This document shows, one piece after another, positions 1 through 10,641 of a stretch of 64,000 nucleotides of DNA. A model generated the notes under the pieces. It made no database searches. It had not been told where the DNA came from and saw nothing but the letters and a program-made list of their open reading frames with translations. Made by a program: the position numbers and the translations under genes. The stretch spans positions 96,001 to 160,000 of the forward strand of contig CAWFSF010000005.1 of the NCBI GenBank assembly GCA_963818475.1, in the 5' to 3' direction. Numbering within the stretch: position 1 is the stretch's first letter; each line of letters starts with the position of its first letter. Source of the stretch: Nitrospirota bacterium (GTDB lineage: Bacteria; Nitrospirota; UBA9217).

Positions 1-89
1 GAGAGCGTCTTGCGCTCAGCGACCTGGCCGCCACCAACGACCACGCAGCGCCGATCACGGAGGTCGAGGTTCACGGGATAGTATCTCAT
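1..89 (-). CDS. Precorrin-2 dehydrogenase/sirohydrochlorin ferrochelatase (CysG-N/SirC-like), 5' part only
   Basis: Manual translation MRYYPVNLDLRDRRCVVVGGGQVAERKTLS; Rossmann VVGGG motif; ATGA overlap with bamD stop; truncated by window edge. Confidence 0.8.
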   Translation of the reverse strand, partial: MRYYPVNLDLRDRRCVVVGGGQVAERKTL

Positions 90-814
90 TTTGACGTGAG
101 CGTGCTGATGAGGGGGCCGACGGTATCCTGCATGGAGGGATACTTTTTTACGAGCAGTTCGAACATCCGAAGCGCATCGTCACGCCTGCCCAGTTCCTTA
201 TAGGACAATCCGGCGTAGTAGAGAGCGTCCTTGTCCGCCGTCGATCCCGGATAATCCTGCAGCAGCTGCTCAAGCCGCGCCGCGGCAGCCGGGTACGAGC
301 CTTTTTTGTGGTAGAACCGTCCGACATAGAGCTCGTATGCAGCGAGCCTGTCCCTGCAGAGCGCAAGATAGCGGATCGCCTGCTCTTCATAGGCGCTCTT
401 CGGGTATCTGCTCTTCAGGGTTTCGAATTCTTTTACCGCCGTGTGCACGGGCTCGGGATCGCGGTCGATGGTGGTGAGCTGGCTGTAACTGCACATGGCG
501 ACCTGGAACTGCGCGTAGGCCGCATCCTTGTTCACCGGGTGATAGTTGAGGAAGGCCTGATACTCGACACGGGCTTCGTCGTATTTTTCTTCTCCGAAGT
601 AGGTGTCGGCGATGCGCAGCATCAGGGCCGGATCATAGCTCCGGTCCGGTGCCTTTTCCTGTATTTCCTGATAGTCCTTGCGCGCTTTTTCGAAGGAACC
701 CTTGACCATGTTCTCTTCAGCCTGTTTGAACAGAACCGTCGGGTCGAAGACTTCCTGTTTTTCCGCACAGCCGGCAAGAACAACGAGCAGCAGGAGGGAA
801 AGCGGTTTTTTCAT
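86..814 (-). CDS. bamD: Outer membrane protein assembly factor BamD (TPR lipoprotein)
   Basis: Lipobox LAGC; TPR repeats; IDRDPEP and LAAYELYVGRFY motifs typical of BamD. Confidence 0.9.
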   Translation of the reverse strand: MKKPLSLLLLVVLAGCAEKQEVFDPTVLFKQAEENMVKGSFEKARKDYQEIQEKAPDRSYDPALMLRIADTYFGEEKYDEARVEYQAFLNYHPVNKDAAYAQFQVAMCSYSQLTTIDRDPEPVHTAVKEFETLKSRYPKSAYEEQAIRYLALCRDRLAAYELYVGRFYHKKGSYPAAAARLEQLLQDYPGSTADKDALYYAGLSYKELGRRDDALRMFELLVKKYPSMQDTVGPLISTLTSK

Positions 815-834
815 GAGGAGGATCACTTTCTGGA

Positions 835-848
835 ATGGTGCCGAAGGG
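835..848 (-). repeat. 14-bp direct repeat of tRNA-Leu 3' end (candidate att site)
   Basis: atggtgccgaaggg at 835-848 is identical to 28750-28763, same orientation. Confidence 0.55.
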
Positions 849-893
849 AAGGCACCTATGCGAGGTACACGGCTTCAGAGCGACAACGGTGGT

Positions 894-923
894 ACTATAG
901 CATAGCGGTTTTCCCTTTGTCAA
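894..923 (-). promoter_or_regulatory. Sigma70-like promoter for bamD
   Basis: TTGACA (923-918), 18 nt spacer, TATAGT (899-894) on minus strand. Confidence 0.55.
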
Positions 924-978
924 TGATTGCTTGATTCAGCCTGATTGCCTGATTCAGCGATGCAAATACCATCCTAAT

Positions 979-1680
979 CTAATGCCGACTATTGTCCCCC
1001 CGTGCCTCACATGCCGTATGGCGAATGACCTTCCCCTTGACCATATACACGACCATTTCCGCGATATTGGTCGCGTGGTCTGCTATGCGCTCCAGATACT
1101 TGGTGATGTAGGTGAGGCGCACGGCCCGTGAGATGTTCTTGGGGTCCTTCAGCATATAGACAAGCAATTCGTTGAAGATCTGCTGGTTCAGGTTGTCGAC
1201 AAAATCGTCGGCCGCGCACACGTTCAACGCGAGATCGGCATCCCTGGCCACAAAGGCGTCGAGGCTGTCCTTGAGCATCTTCTGGGCCGCCTCGGCCATG
1301 CGCGGGATATCGATGTAGGGTTTGAGCGGCGGCTCGTCGTTCAGCTCGATCGCGCGCTCGCAGATGTCCACGGCCAGATCGCCCATGCGTTCGAGGTCGG
1401 TGATGATCTTGATGGCGGTGGTAATGAAGCGGAGATTGCTGCCCGTGGGCTGCCAGATGGCGAGGAAACGGATGCACTCCTCCTCGATCTCGACGTCGAA
1501 ATTGTTGACGATGGCGTCGCCGTCGATGACCTCGATCGCCAGGTTCCGGTCGCGTTCAACCAGTGCGGTGACGGATTTTCTGATCGACTCTTCGACAAAG
1601 CCGCCCATTTTGAGCACCCGTTCCTTGAGCGCTTCGAGGTCCTGTTCTTTCTGTCTGGCCATGTGGTCTCCCTCTTTCAA
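979..1680 (-). CDS. phoU: Phosphate signaling complex protein PhoU
   Basis: Two PhoU repeats (ITDLERMGD, KYLERIADHATNIAE); downstream of pstB. Confidence 0.95.
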   Translation of the reverse strand: MKEGDHMARQKEQDLEALKERVLKMGGFVEESIRKSVTALVERDRNLAIEVIDGDAIVNNFDVEIEEECIRFLAIWQPTGSNLRFITTAIKIITDLERMGDLAVDICERAIELNDEPPLKPYIDIPRMAEAAQKMLKDSLDAFVARDADLALNVCAADDFVDNLNQQIFNELLVYMLKDPKNISRAVRLTYITKYLERIADHATNIAEMVVYMVKGKVIRHTACEARGDNSRH

Positions 1681-1793
1681 TTGCGGATTTCGGATTGCGG
1701 ATTACGGATTGAACAGGATCTCGGAATGCCGATGGTGAATTGAAGCGAAGGACCTGAGGTTTTACTCCGCAATCCGAAATCCGCAATCCGCAA
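1678..1793. repeat. Inverted arrays of 7-bp ATTGCGG/CCGCAAT units (intergenic palindromic element)
   Basis: ttgcggatttcggattgcggatt ... ccgcaatccgaaatccgcaatccgcaat; same element at 31671-31757. Confidence 0.75.
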
Positions 1794-1798
1794 TAGCT

Positions 1799-2563
1799 TC
1801 ACCCAAACCTTCCCGTAATATAATCGTCGGTCTGTTTATTGTCCGGATTCGTGAAGATCTTTTCCGTTGTCCCGTATTCGATCAGCTCGCCCATGTACAG
1901 GAAGCCCGTCATGTCCGAGACGCGTGCGGCCTGCTGCATGTTATGGGTGACGATAATGATCGTAACGTCCTTTTTCAGGGAAACGACGAGCTCCTCGATC
2001 TTGGCCGTCGAAATAGGGTCGAGCGCCGAGGTGGGCTCGTCAAAGAGCAGGACCTCGGGCTCAACGGCCAGTGCCCGCGCAATGACCAGCCGCTGCTGCT
2101 GTCCTCCGGACAGATCGTAGGCGCTCGCGTTCAGCTTGTCCCTGACCTCTTTCCAGAGCGCGGCATGCTTGAGCGCCTCCTCGATCCGTCCCACCAGTTC
2201 CGACTTGTTCTTGATGCCCTTCAGTCTGAGGCCGTAGGCGATATTTTCAGCGATGCTCATGGGAAAGGGCGTGGGTTTCTGGAACACCATGCCGATGCGG
2301 CTGCGCAGATTGATAAGGTCGATGTCGTTCGCCAGGATATTCTTATCCTGAAAAAGGATCTCCCCTTCATACCGGTGCTTCGGATAGAGGTCGTGCATCC
2401 GGTTGAAACATCGGAGCAGCGTGGTCTTGCCGCAGCCGGACGGACCGATCAGGGCGGTAACCTTGTTCTTGTAGATCGGCAGCGATATTTTCTGCAGGGC
2501 GTGAATAGTGCCGTTATAGTAAAAATCCAGGCTTTTGACCTCGATTTCGGTCGGTGGTGTCAC
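1799..2563 (-). CDS. pstB: Phosphate ABC transporter ATP-binding protein
   Basis: Walker [35 protein letters not shown]-terminus; GTG start overlaps pstA stop. Confidence 0.95.
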   Translation of the reverse strand: MTPPTEIEVKSLDFYYNGTIHALQKISLPIYKNKVTALIGPSGCGKTTLLRCFNRMHDLYPKHRYEGEILFQDKNILANDIDLINLRSRIGMVFQKPTPFPMSIAENIAYGLRLKGIKNKSELVGRIEEALKHAALWKEVRDKLNASAYDLSGGQQQRLVIARALAVEPEVLLFDEPTSALDPISTAKIEELVVSLKKDVTIIIVTHNMQQAARVSDMTGFLYMGELIEYGTTEKIFTNPDNKQTDDYITGRFG

Positions 2564-3405
2564 TGCTTGTACCTCCACTTTAATATCAGTCTTCCGGCAA
2601 TGGTCAGCATGAGAATGAAAAGAGTTATGACCAGGGCCGCGCCCCATGCCTGGGAATGCCAGTTCTCATAAGGCCCCATGGCATACTGGAAGATCGTGAC
2701 CGTCAGCGATGCGATCGGTCGGTTCATGTCCGTTGAGAAAAAGTTGTTGTTGAACGACGTGAACAGGAGCGGGGCTGTCTCGCCCGCAACACGGGCGATC
2801 GACAGCAGGACGCCGGTCAGAATGCCCGTGGCCGCGCCCCGGTACACGATCTGGATGATCACCTTGTAATACGGTGCGCCCAGCGCGAACGCCGCTTCCC
2901 GCAGGGTCCAGGGCACCAGTGACAGCATGTCCTCCGTGGTCCTCGAGCACCACCGGGATCATGATGATCGAAAGGGCGAACGCCCCTGCCCAGCCGCTGA
3001 AATGATGGAGCGGCCTGACAAGGATCGCATAGACGAACGCGCCGATAACGATGGACGGAACGCTTACCATGATGTCGGAAATAATGCTGATGATCCGTGC
3101 GATCGCTTTTCCCCGCGCATACTCGGCCAGGAAGGTCCCGCCCAGAACGCCCGACGGGGACGCCGATCAGCGTGGCTGCAAGGGTGATCATCAACTGTCC
3201 GACGAAAGCGTTTCTCAGGCCTCCGCCTTCAACGCCGGCGGCCGCGGGGTCATTGAAGAACAGGCTGATATGCAAAGCGCCCAGGCCATGGATAAGAACA
3301 TCGGCCAGGATATACACGAGCCAGAAGAGGCCTATTGCTGCGGCCAGGCCGCTCAGGGTGAGCGCGACGATGACTTTCTATTTTTCGTTTTTGTTCTATG
3401 TTCAT
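2560..3405 (-). CDS. pstA: Phosphate ABC transporter permease PstA (split by indels)
   Basis: Fragments 2859-3317, 2666-3070 and 2560-2928 give [17 protein letters not shown] and [13 protein letters not shown]. Confidence 0.9.
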
Positions 3406-3537
3406 AGTTTATTAACCCAAGATTACGAAAATCAGCAAATACTGAAGATCACAAATAAGCTACAATGATCAATATCCTAATTCTAAACGTTCGTCATAAC
3501 ACTTGCGTGCCTTCGGAATCTTGCCAAATTCTGTTTC

Positions 3538-4479
3538 TTACCTTGAGTACTTCTTCTCCGCTTTCAGCAGAAAGAACTTGGCTATCGCCAGAATAATAAA
3601 GCTCATCACGAACAGCACGAGCGCCAGATAATAGAGCGAGGAAAGATAGATGTCGCTGTCCGCTTCGGTAAATTCGTTCGCCAGGCTGACGGTGATCGTG
3701 GAGGCAGCGTCGAGCAGCGATGTGGCGATCTTATGGTTGTTCCCGAGCACGAAGGCGACCGCCATGGTCTCGCCCAGCGCCCTCCCCAGGGACAAGGCAA
3801 CGCCCCCGAACACGCCCAGTTTGGAGTACGGGAGCACCACGTTCTTGACCACTTCCCACTTCGTCGCCCCGATGGCATAGGCCGATTCCTTGACCACAGC
3901 GGGGGTCAGATTGAAGGAGTCGCGCGCGATGCTTGCCGTGAACGGGATGATCATGATGGCGAGGATGACGCTTGCCGTCAGCAGATCGATGCCCATGGGA
4001 GTGCCCTCAAACAGGATGCCGACGAGAGGCAGTTTTCCGATGGTGCTCTGAAGCGCAGGCTCGATATACTTCGACATGATGGGCGCCAGGGTGAACAGTC
4101 CCCACATGCCGTAGATGATGCTCGGGATGGCGGCCAGCAGTTCTATGGCAATGCCGATGGGGCCTTTCAAAAAATTCGGGGCGATCTCGGTGACGAAGAT
4201 CGCGATGCCGATGGCAGTGGGAATGGCGAAGAGCAGGGCAAGGCCGGTCGTGAGGAACGTGCCGTAAATAGTGGTTGCCGCGCCGAACATCCCGGTCACG
4301 GGGTTCCATGCCGTCGAGGTCAGAAAACCGATCACCCCGAACTTCCCTATTGCGAGCGAGGACTCCTTCAAAAGTACTGCGATGATGCCAATGATAAAAA
4401 TGATGACGGTAAAGGACGCGACTGCGGTAAGGGAGAAAAAAAGCAGTTCAGGAAGATTTTTCTTGGGAGATATTGCCAC
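3538..4479 (-). CDS. pstC: Phosphate ABC transporter permease PstC
   Basis: ELLAAIPSIIYGMWG and LGRALGETMAV motifs. Confidence 0.95.
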   Translation of the reverse strand: MAISPKKNLPELLFFSLTAVASFTVIIFIIGIIAVLLKESSLAIGKFGVIGFLTSTAWNPVTGMFGAATTIYGTFLTTGLALLFAIPTAIGIAIFVTEIAPNFLKGPIGIAIELLAAIPSIIYGMWGLFTLAPIMSKYIEPALQSTIGKLPLVGILFEGTPMGIDLLTASVILAIMIIPFTASIARDSFNLTPAVVKESAYAIGATKWEVVKNVVLPYSKLGVFGGVALSLGRALGETMAVAFVLGNNHKIATSLLDAASTITVSLANEFTEADSDIYLSSLYYLALVLFVMSFIILAIAKFFLLKAEKKYSR

Positions 4480-4607
4480 TGCAGGACCTTTCTGCTCTAT
4501 CGAACGATGAAGGAAAATGAAACGGGTCAGGTATCATCAGTATATATACCTGACCCGCAGATGTCAATGTGCGTACATTTCCTTGTGCGTACATTTCCTG
4601 GTAAATC

Positions 4608-5619
4608 CTACTGAATGCCGTTCGCCTTCCAGTATGCCTGCACTTTCGCCTTCAGCGATTTCGGGAGCGGAACATACACCAGTTCCTTGGCCTTCGCATC
4701 GCCGTTCTTGAAGGCCCAGTCAAAGAACTTGACGACCTTCACATTGGAATCCTTTTTCTCTTTGCCGAGAAGGATGAACGTCGCCCCTGCGATCGGCCAG
4801 GACTTTTTGCCCGGCGCATCGTTCAGCCAAAGGTAGAAATCTTTTTTCGGGTCGAAGTTGGCTGTTGCTGCAGCGTCCTCGAAGCTCTCGAAGCTCGGTT
4901 CCACGAACGTACCGGCGTGGTTCTTCAGGACCGTATGGGTGAGGTTGTTCTGTTTGGCATAGGCGAATTCCACGTAGCCGATGGAGTTCGCCTGCTGCTG
5001 GACATAATTGGCCACGCCCTCGTTCCCCTTCCCGCCGATGCCCGCGGGCCAGCTTACGGACGTGCCGGCGCCGACCTTTTCCTTCCAGGCAGGGCAAACG
5101 TCGCTCAAATAATCCGTAAAGATGGCTGTCGTACCCGAACCATCGGAGCGGTGGACCACCGTGATAGTATTGTCCGGGAGGTTCAGCTTGGGGTTCATTC
5201 CCTTGATCTTCGGATCATTCCAGGTCTTGATCTCTCCCATGTAGATCTTACATACGGATTCCGGAGTCGAGCCGCAATTCTCCGGCCTTGATGCCGGCAA
5301 TATTCACCACCGGCACGACACCGCCGATCACTGCCGGGAACTGGAGCAGGTTGTCCTTGGCAAGCTCTTCCGGTTTGAGCGGCTTGTCCGATGCGCCGAA
5401 ATCGACCGTCCGCTCGGTGATCTGCTTGATGCCGCCGCCCGAACCGATGGACTGATAGTTCAGCTTCATGCCGGTTATCTTGTTGTATTCATTGGCCCAT
5501 GCCGAATAAACGGGATAGGGGAACGTGGCGCCCGCGCCGTTCAGCATCTCTTCCGCCTGCGCCTGGTTGACCGACAGCATTCCGATCAACAGTAACGCGG
5601 TTGTCAAAATTCGTTTCAT
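4608..5619 (-). CDS. pstS: Phosphate-binding periplasmic protein PstS (frameshifted near 5270)
   Basis: GAGATFPYPVY, YQSIGSGGGI, RSDGSGTT and GKGNEGVA motifs across two ORFs. Confidence 0.93.
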
Positions 5620-5653
5620 CTCTTTTCTCCTTGTCATATTTTTATGTTAGCAC

Positions 5654-5707
5654 GTTATACCACAGAATTGTTACAGGATTGTTACAAGTTGATTAAGCTT
5701 TTGTTAA
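5654..5707 (-). promoter_or_regulatory. Pho-box promoter (pstS)
   Basis: Half-sites (+ strand text) gttac 5670, gttac 5681, attaa 5692, gttaa 5703; TATAAC 10 nt downstream on minus strand. Confidence 0.85.
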
Positions 5708-5764
5708 ATAGTCTACCTCATTCACCTCCTTTATTACGGCTTTTTTAACCGTGCCATCGGTTTT

Positions 5765-6142
5765 TTATGCCTGCAATTTGAGCTGCAGATTGACCTTGCT
5801 TCGCAGGTCGGCGATATTGCCTTTGCAGATGTATCCCCGGACCCCATGAGTTTTAACGAGCTCTCTCAGACTATCTTCGTCATTGGATGAATGAAAAAAG
5901 ATCGGCGTGCGGCGGGCATCGCAGTAGGGCTTAACGATCTCCGAGAGCTTATCGCCTGAGAGCCCGGGCATATTGACGTCGAGCAGCACCATATCAGGCT
6001 GGAACTCTCTTACGCGATTCGTCGCGCCTAACCAGTTCTTGTGCGTACCGACCTCGATCAGGTCATTCTGCAGGAGCTCCTTCGTGGTATAAAGATGCAT
6101 TTCATCATCATCGATCACGAGCACTTTTTTCTTATTCTGCAT
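5765..6142 (-). CDS. Single-domain response regulator
   Basis: VLVIDDD, LLDVNMPG and YICK receiver motifs. Confidence 0.85.
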   Translation of the reverse strand: MQNKKKVLVIDDDEMHLYTTKELLQNDLIEVGTHKNWLGATNRVREFQPDMVLLDVNMPGLSGDKLSEIVKPYCDARRTPIFFHSSNDEDSLRELVKTHGVRGYICKGNIADLRSKVNLQLKLQA

Positions 6143-7337
6143 TGTAAAGCCCTCCTCGTCGTTCCATATTTTGTAGCGGTAAAGACACGATGAACGTCGT
6201 GCCTTTACCATAGATGCTGTCAATCGAGATCGTACCGCCGATCAGCTCCGTCAGATTCTTGCTGATCGTCAAACCGAGCCCGGTGCCTTCATGTTTTTTT
6301 GTTTTGGCGTCCTCGATCTGGCTGAAGGCGGTAAAGAGTTTATGGAGGTCCTCTTCTTTTATCCCTATGCCGGTGTCGCTCATGGCGATCGCCAGACTGC
6401 TTCCGTGGATGGAGAGCGTTAATTCGATCGTGCCGGATTCGGTAAATTTCGCCGCATTGCTCGCAAGGTTCATGAGGACCTGCCTGAGCTTAATGGGGTC
6501 GGTGGTTATCATCACGGCCATGGCAGGCGCATTCACCTGAACCACTACCGGTTTTTTCCCGAGAAGGATACGGGTGGTTTCCGCTATTTCAGCAAGGAGC
6601 GAAACGGCATCAACATTCTGGTGCGCCACTTCCATCTTGCCTGCTTCTATCTTCGAGAGATCGAGGATGTTCGTGATGACGGTCCTGAGGTTCGTCGCGC
6701 TGGAGATCATAAAGGAGAGGCGTTCCTTGATCTGTTCGATCGAGCCTTTGTCCGCCGACATGCGCAGCAGTTCGGCAAGTCCGATGATGGCGTTCACCGG
6801 GGACCGGAGTTCATGGGTTACGTTCGCCAGGAACTGGGACTTCACCTGATTGATCTTTTCCAGCTCCTGCGCCCGCGCGCTGGCCATTTCCTTCTGAAGC
6901 ACGCTGTTCGCCAGGGCATTGCTTTGCTGGATCACGAGCTGCTTGACCGACAGGAGACCTTTGTAGGTGCCTGCGGGGGTTACTACGATGATCTCGTCAT
7001 AGATGTCCTGCGGTGTCCGCTCCAGGGCCTTGTCAATGACCACGTCAAGCCGCTCGTTCTCGGGCACGATGAGCGGGGTCGTGTCGGTTATGGCGATGAT
7101 AGGGTGCTTTCCGTAAAGTTCGAAGCCGAATCTGCGGAACAGCGTAAAGAGCAGCTTCGTCCGCGTAACAAGGCCCACAGGCTCTTGATCCTCGACCACC
7201 GCGATCGCATCCAGGTCGGTCGTGCTGAAGAACCGCTCCGCCACCTTGTTCACGGTGGTCTGCGGCGGGATCTGTTCGTTCGATATAATGAGTTCTCCTA
7301 CGGGAAGCACTGAATCCTGTACCGTTATCGTCTGCAT
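6132..7337 (-). CDS. Cytoplasmic CBS-domain sensor histidine kinase
   Basis: N-terminal CBS pair (PVGLVTR..GFELYGKHPI); HisKA THELRSP; HATPase NAAKF, DTGIG, GTGLGL; no TM segments seen. Confidence 0.85.
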   Translation of the reverse strand: MQTITVQDSVLPVGELIISNEQIPPQTTVNKVAERFFSTTDLDAIAVVEDQEPVGLVTRTKLLFTLFRRFGFELYGKHPIIAITDTTPLIVPENERLDVVIDKALERTPQDIYDEIIVVTPAGTYKGLLSVKQLVIQQSNALANSVLQKEMASARAQELEKINQVKSQFLANVTHELRSPVNAIIGLAELLRMSADKGSIEQIKERLSFMISSATNLRTVITNILDLSKIEAGKMEVAHQNVDAVSLLAEIAETTRILLGKKPVVVQVNAPAMAVMITTDPIKLRQVLMNLASNAAKFTESGTIELTLSIHGSSLAIAMSDTGIGIKEEDLHKLFTAFSQIEDAKTKKHEGTGLGLTISKNLTELIGGTISIDSIYGKGTTFIVSLPLQNMERRGGLYNAE

Positions 7338-8524
7338 ACAACCTCCTCTTGATCTTTATATTTCTGTTTTGTTGGGTGATATTTTCCAGGGGTTGTAGGG
7401 GCGGGTTTAAAACCCGCCCTCGGCACCTGCGTCACGCCAAGCCCTGTCCCGAGTAAAGGCGTGGCGGCGTCTACCTTCACAAATGTCACGGTAAAGGTGC
7501 TGCCGGTCCCCGGCTTGCTCACGACCGAGACCTTGCCGCCCATGGCCTCCGCAAGATGCTTTACAATATAGAGTCCGAGGCCGGCACCTTTTACCCGCTC
7601 ACTTCCGGTGGCACGATAGAACTTATCGAAAATGCGGCCGATCTCGGCCTGCCCTATGCCGTCCCCGTCATCTTGTATGGAAATGTTCACCCGGTCATCA
7701 TTGTTGTCGAAGGAGATCCGGATTGTTCCGCCTTCGCGGTTATATTTGATTGCATTTGACAGGAGGTTGATCATGACCTGTTTGATCGCCGTTCTGTTGC
7801 CATGGACCAGGGATGAACTGCTGTTCACCGAGGTTATTTCGATATGCTTTTTTTTCGCGGTGTCCCGAAGGAGCTCAATCGTCTCATCGACCAGGAGACC
7901 GATAGCAACAGGCTGAGCGGTCAGGACCTCCTTCCCCAGCTCGAGCCGGGACAGGAGCGATGCGTCCTGCAGCAGACTTTCGGCATGGGAGGCCGCCATG
8001 TTGATGGTCTTCATATATTTATTCGATTCTCCCTTCCGCAGAGCAAGAGAAGAAAACCCGCCGATGGCGCTCAGTGCGTTCTGGAGTTCATGGACCATAT
8101 ACCGCACTGAGGTGTCCTGCTCCCGTTCCCGGGTTTGGAGCTGGTTGATCGTCTGCTGCCGGTAGATATGTTTCTTTATCTTCAGGAGCAGTTCCTTCAT
8201 AGAATAGGGTTTGGAAAGGTAATCATCGGCGCCGTGGCTGAGGCCTTTGACCCGCTCGTCCTCGTTTGACAGCGCGGTAAGCATGATGATCGGCAGCGAT
8301 TTTCCTTTTGCACCCTCCCGCAGGATACGGCAGGTCTCCCAGCCATTGAGCTCGGGCATCATGATATCCAGCAGGACCGCATCCGGCGTATGGCGCTGTA
8401 CCGCTTCTATGGCCTCTTTCCCATTACGGGCGATCTCAGTTTCATAGTTCTCTTTTTGAAGATGATAGCGGAGAAGCTCGGCACAGTCATTTTCATCATC
8501 AACAATAAGAATTTGTTGTTTCAT
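7325..8524 (-). CDS. Hybrid receiver-histidine kinase
   Basis: N-terminal REC (LDIMMP), HisKA VHELQN, HATPase NAIKY/GAGLGL. Confidence 0.88.
   Translation of the reverse strand: MKQQILIVDDENDCAELLRYHLQKENYETEIARNGKEAIEAVQRHTPDAVLLDIMMPELNGWETCRILREGAKGKSLPIIMLTALSNEDERVKGLSHGADDYLSKPYSMKELLLKIKKHIYRQQTINQLQTREREQDTSVRYMVHELQNALSAIGGFSSLALRKGESNKYMKTINMAASHAESLLQDASLLSRLELGKEVLTAQPVAIGLLVDETIELLRDTAKKKHIEITSVNSSSSLVHGNRTAIKQVMINLLSNAIKYNREGGTIRISFDNNDDRVNISIQDDGDGIGQAEIGRIFDKFYRATGSERVKGAGLGLYIVKHLAEAMGGKVSVVSKPGTGSTFTVTFVKVDAATPLLGTGLGVTQVPRAGFKPAPTTPGKYHPTKQKYKDQEEVVCRR
7395..7420 (+). repeat. REP-like palindrome inside the kinase 3' end
   Basis: gtaggggcgggtttaaaacccgccct; GTAG-led hairpin; reads RAGFKPAPT in the protein. 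Confidence 0.7.
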
Positions 8525-8564
8525 AAAGCTTATGCCCTGATCCTTGCAAGAAGTTGCGATATGT

Positions 8565-8618
8565 ACTATACCCACACTCTGTTACAGGAGTATGAAGCCT
8601 GGGTTAAATGTTGGTTAC
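8565..8618 (-). promoter_or_regulatory. Pho-box promoter (kinase operon)
   Basis: gttac 8581, atgaa 8592, gttaa 8603, gttac 8614; TATAGT 10 nt downstream. Confidence 0.8.
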
Positions 8619-8649
8619 GGACGGACATGTATAAGGAGGCCGATTTCCG

Positions 8650-9892
8650 TTAAGCAACGCGGGTGCGAATGCTGTCCGTGATACGATAGCTCCAAGACCA
8701 GATACCGGTCTCCGGGCAGGGTGACAACCGGGAATCCTGCCCGATCACATACCGGTTCCCCCGCCAGACCACGGTCGAGCTCAAAAGCGGCACGAACCAC
8801 AGCGCTCCGATGATCAGGTCCTTGACCGGCACCAGGAAATACCGGAGGGGCGATTGCCGGTGAGCACAGGTGCGTCCTGCTGCCGATTCGATCATGCTCC
8901 CGAGAAGGAGGTCGCCCAGGACCTTGATGAGTCCGATGACCAGCCGCGAAAGAAAGCGTTTCGCGCGACGGGCCCGTGAGCAGGACCGGCAATGCAGCCA
9001 TGAACACCGGGTTCACGAGCAGTTCGGATATATATTTCGCTCCGCCGATCTTCCACCTGAGCTTGCCCCATCGGGTGTGGCGGTTCATGAACCGCTTGAT
9101 GTCCCAGTACTCGTTGACGTTGCTGATCAAATGGTTCGACAGCACGACCTTTTTGCCGCTCTTGTTCATTTCCCTGCCGATGATGAAATCCTCGGCCAGA
9201 ATGTCCTTGAAAGCGGAAAGGCCTCCCAGCGCCTCAAGATCCGTCTTTTTCATGAGCATTGACTTCCCGATAACGCAGGGCATGCCCAGGGCCTGGTCGA
9301 GGAAACTGACGCTTCCCATGATGAAAGAATTGAGATGGAGGTTTTCCAGCGTGGCGCCGAGGCTCCGTCCGCCAACCCCGTGGATGAGGTTGCTGACCAG
9401 TCCGACCGAGGGGTCCGCTGTCTGCCGCACAATCTCACGCAAATAGCTCTTGCCTACTATCACATTGCTGTCGCTGATGAGGATGTAAGGATGCTGGGCT
9501 TTCTGGTAGGCCGGTATGAGGTTGTTCACTTTCGGGTTGTGTCCGGCATGACACTTCTCGACAACGAGGGAGATGTTCCGGTCTGAGTACTTCTCCTGTA
9601 CCTTTTTTGCTACTTTGTAGGCCGGATCGTTGAGGTCCTGCAGGCAGAAAATAACTTCGTAGGTCGGGTAATCCTGGGTGCAGAAGCTTGCGAGGTTGTC
9701 GAACAAGTTGTCGTCAAGTCCCTTGAGGGGTTTCAGGATCGACACCGGCGGGGTATGGTCCATTGTATACGCTGTTGTCCGGGCTTCCGGTTTCGCCTTC
9801 TTTCTCAAAAGTGCATAGGTTGCTCCAACCTGGAGCAGGTAGAGAATGATCCCTATCATTGAGATCGCAGCACATATGAGAAATATGGTCAT
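8650..9892 (-). CDS. Ceramide glucosyltransferase/HpnI-like glycosyltransferase (GT21), frameshifted near 8945
   Basis: SILKPLKG, NPKVNNL, ISDSN, LAEDF and RHTRW motifs; C-terminal VVWRG in ORF 8650-8895. Confidence 0.85.
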
Positions 9893-9939
9893 GTGTCTCC
9901 TCCTTGAGAATTCTTATTGGTCGTTATATTCTTCATCGT

Positions 9940-10641
9940 TCAATTCCTGAAGAGCGTGATCGCGACACCCTTGTTGTGGCGAATGCAGTTCTTTACGGAT
10001 TCAACGTTCTTATCGCAGTTCAACAGTGTTTTCCATGAGTACAGGTGTCGTGCCTTGTGAAAATCGCTGTTGGCAATGTAGGGATATTTTTTCAGGCTGA
10101 TCACGTTGAACACGTCGTCCCTGTTCGCGATCTCCCAGGCATCGATGTATTTTGCGTATTTGTCACGGTTGTTCCAGAGATAGAGCGTATCCTTGTTTAC
10201 GAGTCCCGGTGTATGGTGAGGGTGGCAGGCAACGGTCAGGACATCCTGGCGCTTTGCTTCGAGAAAAATGTCCTCGTAACTCATGCAGGCGGGAATAAAC
10301 TCCTTGATATCGAGGAGCAGGAGATGAGCTGACTCGTCTTTCGATATATAATTTTTGCTGATTTCAACTCCGGGGATTACGAGCATGCCGTATTTTTCCC
10401 AGGCCCGAGCGGACTCCTGCCTGAGCGTATCGAGGTACTCGTCAAAGTTGTCCCCCCGGACCGAGAGATTGAACTGGCGGGCGAACTTGCCCATCGTGTT
10501 GTCGCCGTTGACGACATGGTCCGTGATCGCGATCGCGTCAAACCCGGCCTGGCCGAAGAGATCGATCGTTTTTCCCATTTCCAGCGAGCCGTCCGAAAAC
10601 GTAGTGTGAATATGGAAGTCGCATAACATCATGGTCGGCAT
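9940..10641 (-). CDS. PHP-domain phosphoesterase
   Basis: DFHIHT..SDG, ITDH, GVE, CHPH and NSDFH metal motifs; true start may be Met at 10632/10629. Confidence 0.88.
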   Translation of the reverse strand: MPTMMLCDFHIHTTFSDGSLEMGKTIDLFGQAGFDAIAITDHVVNGDNTMGKFARQFNLSVRGDNFDEYLDTLRQESARAWEKYGMLVIPGVEISKNYISKDESAHLLLLDIKEFIPACMSYEDIFLEAKRQDVLTVACHPHHTPGLVNKDTLYLWNNRDKYAKYIDAWEIANRDDVFNVISLKKYPYIANSDFHKARHLYSWKTLLNCDKNVESVKNCIRHNKGVAITLFRN

